A stretch of 64,000 bases of DNA from Candidatus Subterrananammoxibius californiae. GTDB lineage: Bacteria; Planctomycetota; Brocadiia; Brocadiales; Subterrananammoxibiaceae. The notes beneath the pieces were generated by a model that did not search any database, was not told the origin of the DNA, and saw only the letters and a list, made by a program, of their open reading frames with translations. A program made the translations under genes and the position numbers. Shown in pieces: positions 21,040 to 29,810 of the stretch. The stretch covers positions 1-64,000 of the forward strand of contig JAURAC010000010.1 of the NCBI GenBank assembly GCA_030586555.1, read 5' to 3'. Every line of letters begins with the position of its first letter. Positions within the stretch are counted from its first letter, which is position 1.

Positions 21040-21627
21040 TTATAACATTCTTAATCCTACATCGAGTATGCTTTCTAAGAACATATTTCTAAAGAATGGA
21101 TGTTCGTGGTCCTGTATACCTGTCTCTTTCTCTTCCATAGCCAGACGTGCGGCAGTTGCAATCTTATGAATTTCAGCGTCACCGTTACCGTTGGATGTAG
21201 CTAAGACGTTATCCAATATAATCATTACCTTTTGCTTTTTCTCCTGTGTTAAGAGTGCTTCTATCCCTTCAGTAATAATCACACGAACGGCTTTAACGAA
21301 TCTTTCCTTAGGTAGTTTCTTTTTCAGTAATGCCTCTACTCTTTTTGCGGCTATAATAACGGTACGTGATTTTGGCATAAACCTTAAATTCATAACCTTG
21401 TCCAACTTGAATAGTTCATCAGAGGATAAGATACTCTTAGCATAATTTGATTGAACGCACTCTGCCCAAAGCGGGTCGAAATTACCTAATATCCGCAGCA
21501 ACTGTCCCGGGGTGCCACATCTGGGACAAAGAGGGACGTAACCCTCGATATAAAGGACAAAGCCTGCCCAATCACAACCCTCTTTGGGGCATTTATATTC
21601 TGCAGATTCTCCCTGTATTGTATTCAT
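21040..21627 (-). CDS. Hypothetical protein with N-terminal zinc ribbon
   Basis: CPKEGC...CPRCG followed by a helical region; RBS GGAGAGG. Confidence 0.7.
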   Translation of the reverse strand: MNTIQGESAEYKCPKEGCDWAGFVLYIEGYVPLCPRCGTPGQLLRILGNFDPLWAECVQSNYAKSILSSDELFKLDKVMNLRFMPKSRTVIIAAKRVEALLKKKLPKERFVKAVRVIITEGIEALLTQEKKQKVMIILDNVLATSNGNGDAEIHKIATAARLAMEEKETGIQDHEHPFFRNMFLESILDVGLRML

Positions 21628-21714
21628 CTATGCCTCTCCTTAATCCTTTCTGACCTTAAGTGGTAGATAACGAGGTTTTACCTCGTTGAATTCAACGAAC
21701 AGAAAGTTCGTTGT

Positions 21715-22035
21715 CTACCATGTCTCACCTACCGATTTGGTGACGGTAAATGGTTCGGTTCTCTTAAAAGATAGAATCTCCATATTTTCATCCATAGTTA
21801 ACTCATAGATATTTCGGTTATAAACAGTCGTGCCCAATCCGAGCGCCTTTACGTACTCACTTTCTTCCACAATCTGCACCCTTGCAATCCAGGAGACGGG
21901 TTCTTCATCTACCTTGCGTACCTCAAGGATTGTAATGGGTAGCCCTTCCTTTTCAAGTTCCTTACTCATAAAGGTAGCGATTCTTTTCCTAACCTCTACG
22001 ATTCCTAACTTGTTAACTTCCTTATTTTCTGTCAT
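21715..22035 (-). CDS. gvpO: GvpO/GvpR-like gas vesicle protein
   Basis: WIARVQIVEESEY...IYELTMDENMEILSFKR pattern and cluster position. Confidence 0.7.
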   Translation of the reverse strand: MTENKEVNKLGIVEVRKRIATFMSKELEKEGLPITILEVRKVDEEPVSWIARVQIVEESEYVKALGLGTTVYNRNIYELTMDENMEILSFKRTEPFTVTKSVGETW

Positions 22036-22056
22036 GTTAACTCCCCTTATAGTGGA

Positions 22057-22425
22057 TTAAATGTATTCCTTTTTGCTATCTCCACCTTCATCATTAATCT
22101 CCCGAAATCCCACTTTGCTAAAGGGGGACAGAGGAGGATTAATATCTACTTCGTTGGTATCTTCTCCCCACATCTCCTGTTGTTTAGCCTCTCTTATCTT
22201 TCGCAACCTTGCCATTAATACAGCTTCTTCCTTTTGGTATTCTTCCTCCGTTATTTCATCTAACTCGTGGCGCAGTTGAAGTTCCAATAGCTTCTCATGA
22301 ACTGTCCCCTCATCTGTCAATTCGCGGTTGCACATATCACAGATGCTTTCACACATCATCCTTGCCATGGCAATGGGAGGCTCTACGAGAAGTTTGTATA
22401 ATAGATAATCATCAATTAATAACAA
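22057..22425 (-). CDS. gvpG: Gas vesicle protein GvpG
   Basis: LLIDD...ELTDEGTVHEKLLELQLRHELDEITEEEYQKEEAVLMARL. Start placed at TTG 22425; the upstream part of the ORF is REP sequence. Confidence 0.85.
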   Translation of the reverse strand: MLLIDDYLLYKLLVEPPIAMARMMCESICDMCNRELTDEGTVHEKLLELQLRHELDEITEEEYQKEEAVLMARLRKIREAKQQEMWGEDTNEVDINPPLSPFSKVGFREINDEGGDSKKEYI

Positions 22426-22517
22426 GTTGGCAACCCCGCTCCTTGAAGGGCTAAGTTGGTAGCCGCAACCTTTAGGTTGCGCCATTTGTTCGCAGGCTAA
22501 AGCCTGCGGCTACAAAT

Positions 22518-23453
22518 TTATACGTAAACCCGCTCCTTTTTACATCTTCTTTGACCGTGCAACACCTCCATCCTTACCTTAACAAAATTGTATGGCGCCC
22601 AATCACCTGTAAATATCCACATTACCTTTTCTCTATATTTTTCCTCAAGTTTATCTAATTCGGCTTGAAATTCCTTCTCTTTATCACGGTCTACGAGAAA
22701 GGAGGCGTTCATTATCATCCTATCGCCGATGGGGTCGTTGATGCGAGAAGCTGCAGAATGCTTCTTTAGGTGCTCATATATGTCCTTTAATAAGATATTG
22801 CCCTCACTGACCTTTACTTGCTCCACCATGCTGCCCAAACGGAATCTTAATTGATGACTCTTCTCAGGTGGTCTCTTTTCTATCTCCTGTTTTAATTGAC
22901 GCAGCTCACTATAGCGGTTAAGCAAATCCTTTAAGGCGTCCTTCTTCCAGAGGGCTTTAACGCTTAGTTCCTTCCTGTTGCCCAGATTCTTCATTACTTC
23001 TTTAAGCTTTTCAGTGTTGTCTTTTAGGAGTTCTTTGATATCCATTTCAGTCCTGAATATGGTCCCGAAAGAGGCTGGAATCATCGCATGGTCTTTTATT
23101 ACTTCTTCTATAATCCTGTTGTGTGCCAGACAATTTTCCCTGACAGGGTCATAGACTACAAGGGGTGTCTTACTAACAACCGCTGCAAGGCTGTCGCAGT
23201 TGACGGTAAACACCTTATCATTGCGCCCGCCAATACCCGGTGAGCCAAAATCTAATTCCTTGTTAGTTTCGATGACGCCGTAGAAGTAATAACCTTCCAT
23301 TAGAGTCTTGAGTCTGGAGTCGGCGAGTCGGCGAGTCAGTGAGTCTGGAGTCGGTGAGGCTGGACTCTCTGACTCTCTGACTCTCTGACTCTCTGACTCT
23401 TTGGACTCACGAATGACTCCTGACTCTTGACTCTCCACTCTTGACTCACACAT
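22518..23453 (-). CDS. GvpF/GvpL family gas vesicle protein with repeat-derived N-terminal extension
   Basis: [39 protein letters not shown]. Alternative start at 23300. Confidence 0.9.
   Translation of the reverse strand: MCESRVESQESGVIRESKESESQRVRESESPASPTPDSLTRRLADSRLKTLMEGYYFYGVIETNKELDFGSPGIGGRNDKVFTVNCDSLAAVVSKTPLVVYDPVRENCLAHNRIIEEVIKDHAMIPASFGTIFRTEMDIKELLKDNTEKLKEVMKNLGNRKELSVKALWKKDALKDLLNRYSELRQLKQEIEKRPPEKSHQLRFRLGSMVEQVKVSEGNILLKDIYEHLKKHSAASRINDPIGDRMIMNASFLVDRDKEKEFQAELDKLEEKYREKVMWIFTGDWAPYNFVKVRMEVLHGQRRCKKERVYV
23305..23447. repeat. GAGTC/GACTC 7-8-mer tandem and inverted repeat array
   Basis: (GACTCTCT)n and GAGTCGGC units read directly. Confidence 0.85.
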
Positions 23454-25698
23454 AGGTCTTCCCTTCTTTCTCTTTTTCTCCAGCCTCTGACCTTTTCTTT
23501 ATTGCTTCCTTTACTTCTTTAATGGCTGCATCAAAATGTTTTGCATGGATTTTGAACCTGGAATAATCCCTGGTTTTGTTGTATTCTTCCTGTTCCAAAA
23601 ACTCCCTTATTGCCAGCAGTGTAGCCTTCTTGCAGATGGCTTCTATATCAGCGCCTACTAAGTCTTCATACTCTGTTAGTGAGGCAAGCGTTTCTATCTT
23701 TACGTCCTCAGATAGGGGCTTGCTTTTGGTATGAACCTCAAAAATCTTTTTCCTGCTTTCCTCATCCGGGACAGGCACCTCAATAAGGGAATCAAACCTG
23801 CCAGGTCTGAGTAATGCAGCATCAATGATATCCAATCTATTAGTGGCTGCCAGAACCAGCACACCCTTGAGTTCTTCAATACCATCCATTTCAGTAAGCA
23901 TCTGGCTAATAACCCTCTCAGCAACGTGTTCATTCCCTGCGCTTGCCCCTCGAATAGGTACCAGTGCATCTATTTCATCAAAGAAGATGATGCAAGGGCT
24001 ACTTTGTCTTCCCTTTCTGAAGACCTCACGAACCCCTTTCTCAGACTCTCCTACCCATTTTGACATGATTTCTGGTCCCTTGACAGGGATAAAATTAACT
24101 CCGCTTTCGGTTGCAACCGCCTTAGCCAGTAACGTCTTGCCGGTACCTGTAATTCCGTGCAGCAAAATCCCCTTGGGGGGGGACGTCTTTGCATGTTTGA
24201 ATAATTCGGGGTATTTTAAAGGCCATTCTACAGTCTCCTTTAACTCCTTTTTTATTTTTTCAAGACCGCCAATATCATCCCACCTGACATCTGGAACCTC
24301 CACAAAGACTTCCCTTATTGCTGAAGGCTCGACGTCCTTAAGCGCCTCCATAAAGTCATCCATAGTTACCTCAAGTTCTATTAGAACCTCGTAGGGGATG
24401 TAGTTTGCTGCAAAATCTATTTTCGGAATGACCTTTCGAAGGCATATCATTGCTGCTTCTTTGGCAAGGGTCTCCAGGTCTGCCCCCACGAATCCATGTG
24501 TAAAGTCTGCCAGCTTTTCTAAATCTACGTCCTTAGATAGTGGCATCCCTCTGGTATGTATCTGGAGTATCTCTAACCGACCGTTTCTATCAGGAATGCC
24601 GACGTATATTTCTCTATCAAATCGTCCACCCCGTCTCAAGGCGGGGTCGAGGATATTCGGTATATTTGTCGCACCTATAACAACAATCTGTCCCCTTGGG
24701 TCCAGTCCATCCATTAAGGAAAGGAGTTGTGCTACAACCCTTTTCTCTACCTCGCCATAGACCTCCTCCCTCTTTGGCGCCATGGCGTCTAACTCATCTA
24801 TAAAGAGTATTGCTGGAGCGTGCCGAGCAGCATCCTCAAATATTGCCCTCAGCCTTGCCTCGCTCTCCCCGTAATACTTTGCCATGACTTCAGGTCCGCT
24901 TAGGTGGGCAAAGTAGGCATCGGTCTCATTTGCCACAGCCCTTGCTATTAAGGTCTTACCTGTCCCGGGCGGACCGTGCAACAAAACCCCTTTAGGTGGG
25001 GATATTCCCAACCTCTCAAAGACTTCGGGATGTTTCAAGGGGAGTTCAATCATCTCCCTGACCCTTTGAATCTCCCTGCTTAACCCGCCAATATCCTCAT
25101 AGCAGACCCTGATGCCAACCTTTTCGACTGCCTCCTCTTTCTGTATCTTAATATCAGTAGTAGCATGTATTAATACGATTTCCCTTGGGATGGTGTCAAC
25201 GACGTTGAGGTCTTGTGGCATGGAGCCGAAGAGAGTAGCTCTTATTCTATCACCCTTGATAACAGGCAATCCCTCCAGGAGTCTTCCGAGGTATTTACCA
25301 GTATCTGCGTTTCGGGGTAATGTTTTTATCCTGTACATAGGGGCAAGGGTTATACTTTTGGCTATACTGTGAGCAACCTTCTTAACCTTAACCTTCTCAT
25401 CTATACTACTTTGCGCATTTTGCCTTATTATTCCATCTATCTGGATTATCTCTTTACCACGGTCTTCTGCATAGGTGGGCATGACCTTGGCGACTGTCTT
25501 TTTTTTACCATGAATCTCTATTATGTCGCCCACCTCGGCGCCTATGTTATTTATATGCTCCGGGTCTATCCTCGCTATGCCCCGACCAACGTCCTTAGTT
25601 AATGCCTCTGCTATACGTAATTCAAATCCCTCTCCACCAAAAGGATTGGCGGACTCGCCGATCTTTTGGGCGAGCTTTGAAGTAGTTTCCTCAGGCAT
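23446..25698 (-). CDS. CDC48/p97/VAT-family AAA+ ATPase
   Basis: N-domain ([10 protein letters not shown]), D1 ([15 protein letters not shown]) and D2 ([26 protein letters not shown]). Confidence 0.95.
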   Translation of the reverse strand: MPEETTSKLAQKIGESANPFGGEGFELRIAEALTKDVGRGIARIDPEHINNIGAEVGDIIEIHGKKKTVAKVMPTYAEDRGKEIIQIDGIIRQNAQSSIDEKVKVKKVAHSIAKSITLAPMYRIKTLPRNADTGKYLGRLLEGLPVIKGDRIRATLFGSMPQDLNVVDTIPREIVLIHATTDIKIQKEEAVEKVGIRVCYEDIGGLSREIQRVREMIELPLKHPEVFERLGISPPKGVLLHGPPGTGKTLIARAVANETDAYFAHLSGPEVMAKYYGESEARLRAIFEDAARHAPAILFIDELDAMAPKREEVYGEVEKRVVAQLLSLMDGLDPRGQIVVIGATNIPNILDPALRRGGRFDREIYVGIPDRNGRLEILQIHTRGMPLSKDVDLEKLADFTHGFVGADLETLAKEAAMICLRKVIPKIDFAANYIPYEVLIELEVTMDDFMEALKDVEPSAIREVFVEVPDVRWDDIGGLEKIKKELKETVEWPLKYPELFKHAKTSPPKGILLHGITGTGKTLLAKAVATESGVNFIPVKGPEIMSKWVGESEKGVREVFRKGRQSSPCIIFFDEIDALVPIRGASAGNEHVAERVISQMLTEMDGIEELKGVLVLAATNRLDIIDAALLRPGRFDSLIEVPVPDEESRKKIFEVHTKSKPLSEDVKIETLASLTEYEDLVGADIEAICKKATLLAIREFLEQEEYNKTRDYSRFKIHAKHFDAAIKEVKEAIKKRSEAGEKEKEGKTYV

Positions 25699-25783
25699 GA
25701 CTCCCCCGTGTTTTTTTGTTTTGTGTTAGGCAACACTTAATGTGAAAACAAGAGTGGTAGACAACGAGGTTTTACCTCGTTGA

Positions 25784-26341
25784 TTACAACTTCATAAGTT
25801 TCAATTCTAAGATTCCATTCTTATACTTTGATTCCACCTTCTCAGGGTCTATGGAGCAAGGCAAAGATACTTCCTTGCTATATTTTCTATCTGCATTGAG
25901 TGAAGTGATTGCTAAGGCGTTATCTTTTTTTAGTTCATATTTTATATCCTTTTCTTCTACGCCCGGCAATTCAGCCACTACACGAACGTAGTCAGGCTCT
26001 TCAAAAACATCAATGATTGGTTCTCTGACCTCCTCAACCACAGGTCCTTTTTCTGTTACCTTGTGGATATTCCCGAAGGGTTCGACCGTGGTCTCTCCTC
26101 CAGCTAAGGTTCTTACCGAAATACCAAAGACGCCTTTAGCCTTCTCACCTAATCCTTTTATCTCCCCTGTCTTGGTGATGACAGATTTACCTTCCTCAGC
26201 CATTTTGGTTGCCAAATCAATAATATTGCCCAACCCTTTAAACAACTCTCCGAAACCAAGGTCAATGTTTATACCTTCCTTTTTTTCTTCAGGTTCTTTT
26301 TTTTTCTTCTGGGACATTTTTTTAATCTCCCCTAAACTCAT
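25784..26341 (-). CDS. Archaeal-type Hsp20 (GvpH-like)
   Basis: GVFGISVR, EPFGNI, REPIIDVFEE, VVAELPGV, YKNGILEL. Confidence 0.88.
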   Translation of the reverse strand: MSLGEIKKMSQKKKKEPEEKKEGINIDLGFGELFKGLGNIIDLATKMAEEGKSVITKTGEIKGLGEKAKGVFGISVRTLAGGETTVEPFGNIHKVTEKGPVVEEVREPIIDVFEEPDYVRVVAELPGVEEKDIKYELKKDNALAITSLNADRKYSKEVSLPCSIDPEKVESKYKNGILELKLMKL

Positions 26342-26895
26342 AACGCTAAACTCGTAACTCCCATTGTAACTACCCCTTTACCCTTACAAATACCACAATA
26401 AGAATTAAATTTAGTGTCCTTTCCGGTTCCCCGACAAAAAGTACATTTCCTCACAGGCTCCATAATGCTAACCATGCCTTTGCCATTACATACAATACAG
26501 GTGGTAAGCCTTTCATTTGGATGTTGAGTGCCACGCCCGCCGCAGTAGGTGCACGTTATAGCAGGTTTCCCGATAGAGACCTTTCCTTTGCCAAAGCATA
26601 CAGCGCACCTTGTTCTAAGCAGGGCATCCGTTCCGACGCCTCGACATTTTGCACATGGGAACGTGGCTTTTTCTACTATCTTCTTTTGAACTCTTAGAGA
26701 CGTAAATGCTCTGGTATTGAGGATTACCTTGGTTATAAGAGTATCCCGTGCCTGAACAAATGTGAGCATTGGTCTTGCGGTGTCTTTGTTACCCTCTTTC
26801 TCTACCTCCCAATTGGCTTCATGCCTCTGACATTTCGGTTGTACTTTCCTCCCTCGTTCCCAATTATCAAGGCTAATTATATTCCAATTGACCAC
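26338..26895 (-). CDS. DnaJ-type CxxCxGxG zinc-finger repeat protein without a J domain
   Basis: Six CxxCxGxG motifs and no HPD motif. Confidence 0.82.
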   Translation of the reverse strand: MVNWNIISLDNWERGRKVQPKCQRHEANWEVEKEGNKDTARPMLTFVQARDTLITKVILNTRAFTSLRVQKKIVEKATFPCAKCRGVGTDALLRTRCAVCFGKGKVSIGKPAITCTYCGGRGTQHPNERLTTCIVCNGKGMVSIMEPVRKCTFCRGTGKDTKFNSYCGICKGKGVVTMGVTSLAL

Positions 26896-27010
26896 TGTAA
26901 TTTTCTCTCCATATTACAAGGGGACACTTCCCATATTTTCCAAGTAAGTAGGAAGTCCAAAGAAAGAAAAAAAATATGGGAAGTGTCCCTTTTACTCCCC
27001 AAGACGTTCT

Positions 27011-27409
27011 TTATGCTCTTCTTGCGAACATATTGACATATAACTTATGCAACTTGCCACGGGCGGTCTTATTACCCATGCTCATATCCGGGCTCGGTGG
27101 TGGCTGTCCATCGCTTTTATACTGTATCTGTTCCATTTTTTGCTCAATAATATTTTGTTGATTCTGGATACGCTCGACTGTCTTTAATAATGCCTTTTTT
27201 TGCTTTTCCAATCTAATCTTATCACTCTCTAACTTAGAAAGTTTTCCGAGGTAGGTTTCGTCGTTTTTTGGTGCAGAGTATTGATGCGAGCTCTGCATAG
27301 TATCGAGGATTGACCTTAATCCTCTTTTTTCCCAGGGAAGTGAACCCGTTCCTTGACACACGAAACAAACACGTTCATCTGCCAGCGCCTTTATTGCTGT
27401 CTCTGTCAT
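27011..27409 (-). CDS. Coiled-coil hypothetical protein
   Basis: CFVCQGTG, GLRSI motif and long heptad region; directly downstream of gvpN. Confidence 0.65.
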   Translation of the reverse strand: MTETAIKALADERVCFVCQGTGSLPWEKRGLRSILDTMQSSHQYSAPKNDETYLGKLSKLESDKIRLEKQKKALLKTVERIQNQQNIIEQKMEQIQYKSDGQPPPSPDMSMGNKTARGKLHKLYVNMFARRA

Positions 27410-27489
27410 TTTTCGTTATCTCCTATAAAAGGTAGACAACGATGTTTATCATCGTTGATTTCAACGGACATAAAGTCCGTTGTCTACCT

Positions 27490-28404
27490 TTACGGTGCAT
27501 GATGTTTAATCAACTCGTCTAATACCTTACAAGTCTCTGACTTCTTATTTATGGGAACACCAAGATTAAAGGTTTCTGAGGTTAAGACATCCAGGCAGGT
27601 TTGTCTAAAGACCTTATCTTTGTACGAGGCTTGTGCATTTCGTAGTGCCAACACCCTGCCAATCTTGATGCAAGCCCTCACGGTGGGATTGAATTTGTAA
27701 CTTCCTGTCTCTCTAAATTCTCTTACAATATTGACAATCCTCTCGGCAGTTTGCTCTGAGACCCGTGCCTTGGTCATCGTGATACGCAGTTCGGTCTCTT
27801 TGTCAAAGTATCCTAAATCAATAGTAATCATCCTATCACGCAAAGCGTCCTGCGCTTTATGGATACCTGCATACTCTTCAGGGTTGCTGGTAAAGATAGC
27901 GGCGAAATTGGGGTCAACCCTCACATAATTACCCTCTCCGCTGACAGCAGGTATCTCCAGCATCTTCTCTTCCAGAACGCTTAGCAGGACGTTATTTGCC
28001 TCTGGTCTTGACCTCGTAAACTCGTCGTATATCAAGGTGAAGCCATATTTGACCGCGGTGGTTAAGCGGCTATCTACCCAGCGTCTTTTTACGTTTTCGC
28101 TGGTCTTTAAGACGGTGGAAATAAAGTTATCAACCTCCGTCTTTTTTGTATAGCCATACGTTCCACCAATGAGGTCTGAGGTGGTAAATTCGTCATCGCC
28201 ATGAATCATAATTAAGGGACGCACCCGCTTGCTGGCGATATGCATGGCTAATGTTGTCTTTCCAGTGCCTGCCGCCCCACGGAAATGGACCGGATAACCG
28301 GCATCGAGATAGGCAAGAGACCTTTCAGTAAGTTCTTTGATATAAGTCGTTTCTACGAAATTTTCTTGTGGTAATGCACGTAAAATTGTGGGTTCATTCG
28401 CCAT
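27490..28404 (-). CDS. gvpN: Gas vesicle AAA+ ATPase GvpN
   Basis: PVHFRGAAGTGKTTLA, YDEFTRSRPEANNVLL, TSNPEEYAG, QDALRDR. Confidence 0.96.
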   Translation of the reverse strand: MANEPTILRALPQENFVETTYIKELTERSLAYLDAGYPVHFRGAAGTGKTTLAMHIASKRVRPLIMIHGDDEFTTSDLIGGTYGYTKKTEVDNFISTVLKTSENVKRRWVDSRLTTAVKYGFTLIYDEFTRSRPEANNVLLSVLEEKMLEIPAVSGEGNYVRVDPNFAAIFTSNPEEYAGIHKAQDALRDRMITIDLGYFDKETELRITMTKARVSEQTAERIVNIVREFRETGSYKFNPTVRACIKIGRVLALRNAQASYKDKVFRQTCLDVLTSETFNLGVPINKKSETCKVLDELIKHHAP

Positions 28405-28423
28405 TTTTATAAACTCCTATAGA

Positions 28424-28657
28424 TTATCCACGATTGGTCTTTTGATATTGGTGTATGACCAGTTTCATAGTCTGTCTGTCGTTGCTGCTTCCAACAATTT
28501 GCATCTCAACCAATTGGCCAGGTTCTATTCCTACGTTGCGGCGAATGTTATCTGGAATGAAGATTCTTCCCTTTTCATCAACATTAGTAAATGCTCGTAT
28601 CAGCCCGCCTGCCATTTGTCGGGCAGGTCGGCTTTGGCATGGTTGTGTTAAAGGCAC
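28424..28657 (-). CDS. AbrB/MazE/SpoVT-family DNA-binding protein
   Basis: VDEKGRIFIPDNIRRNVGIEPGQLVEM. Confidence 0.8.
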   Translation of the reverse strand: MPLTQPCQSRPARQMAGGLIRAFTNVDEKGRIFIPDNIRRNVGIEPGQLVEMQIVGSSNDRQTMKLVIHQYQKTNRG

Positions 28658-28776
28658 CTGTATAACCTCCCATCTATTTTTCTAAAAAGAGGGTAGCCGC
28701 AGATCGTGCCAGAGGCAGATTCGCCTCTGGCGAACTTTAGCCTGCGTAAAATAGCTTTTGAAAAAGTAAGAGCATG

Positions 28777-29091
28777 CTAAACCCTGCATCTTGCCTCGCC
28801 AATCTTACCTATTATTATCTTGGACCAAGCAGCCCGTGCCTCATTCATCATGGTTCTCCACCTACACAGCATCTCTGTTACTCCCTTCTTCATCTCGGCT
28901 ACTTCATTCTTTCTCTTGTTGATTGTATCCTTAAATACATTCATCATCTCCTTAGCTTCTGCCTGCATCTTCTTAACTTCTGCTTTTATTTCCTTAACTT
29001 CTGTTTGTCTTTCTTTTCTGGCTTTATTTCTTTCTTCACGGGAATCAACTATAGCATCAACAAGTGCTGAAAGGTCACTTACTATTGACAT
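28777..29091 (-). CDS. Charged alpha-helical protein, possible GvpC analogue
   Basis: All-helical K/E-rich 104 aa protein directly after gvpA; RBS GAGGA. Confidence 0.6.
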   Translation of the reverse strand: MSIVSDLSALVDAIVDSREERNKARKERQTEVKEIKAEVKKMQAEAKEMMNVFKDTINKRKNEVAEMKKGVTEMLCRWRTMMNEARAAWSKIIIGKIGEARCRV

Positions 29092-29205
29092 TTTTTTATT
29101 CCTCTATTAATACGTTAACTGTGTAATTATTCTTAGAAGGTGGTCCACAGAGACCCGCCAGAGGCGGGTCTCTGTGAGCCTTGCCTTCTATCAGGATGCG
29201 CCTCA

Positions 29206-29421
29206 TTAAGCAGGGACTGCGGCTTGAGGGGTCAATCCTATTGCCTCTGCATACTTCAAGAAGGTCTCTACAGAAGCGATGACAACACGTGCTTCTATAG
29301 TAATAAGTTCGATGCCGACCAGGGATATCCTGAGCCATGCATCAACCACGATACCCTTGTCAAGAATTCTGTCTAAGACCTCAACCACGCTTGAAGATGG
29401 GTTAGACTTTTCTACTGCCAT
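29206..29421 (-). CDS. gvpA: Major gas vesicle shell protein GvpA
   Basis: [64 protein letters not shown]. Confidence 0.98.
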   Translation of the reverse strand: MAVEKSNPSSSVVEVLDRILDKGIVVDAWLRISLVGIELITIEARVVIASVETFLKYAEAIGLTPQAAVPA

Positions 29422-29506
29422 TGTTATTCACCCCCTTTCGTCCGCCTTAGGCGGATTAAAAATTTACAAATTTGTTTCTATTGCCGCTAACCAGACGTAT
29501 AGTTAA

Positions 29507-29522
29507 TGCGAATCTTGTACCA
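29507..29522 (-). promoter_or_regulatory. Sigma54-type (-24/-12) promoter for the gvp operon
   Basis: Minus strand TGGTACAAGATTCGCA matches TGGCAC-N5-TTGCA with exact GG-N10-GC spacing, about 85 bp upstream of gvpA. Confidence 0.65.
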
Positions 29523-29697
29523 AAGAAATTTCGTAAAACAAAGACCCATTAATTCAGGCATAACACACACTACGGCAAATGCTAATGATTTTAAACTTTT
29601 AGACTGGCAATCCTTCAGTTATAAGACCAGAAAATGCTTGTATGGCAGTAGTCCCACAGGTTATTGAATGTGTTCCATGGTTTTTATCAAAAAACGA

Positions 29698-29726
29698 TTG
29701 ACACATTCCTTGTGATTGATTAGAAT
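29698..29726 (+). promoter_or_regulatory. Sigma70-type promoter for the ThiC/Bza-family gene
   Basis: TTGACA-17 bp-TAGAAT. Confidence 0.75.
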
Positions 29727-29810
29727 TCTCCAAAGGCTTTTCCCTGAATGGCTTTATCAGGGGCTTGTTCCTGGATGGCTTTGACCAGGGATTTGAAGGG
29801 GGATGAACAG

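Noticed and set aside
14536..27488. CRISPR array suggested by recurring GTAGACAAC repeats
   Set aside because: Copies are kilobases apart, palindromic and paired, with no regular spacers and no cas genes; they fit REPs.
29727..29810. TPP or cobalamin riboswitch before the ThiC-family gene
   Set aside because: The leader is ~80 nt with two short similar hairpins and lacks recognisable TPP (CTGAGA) or B12-box cores.
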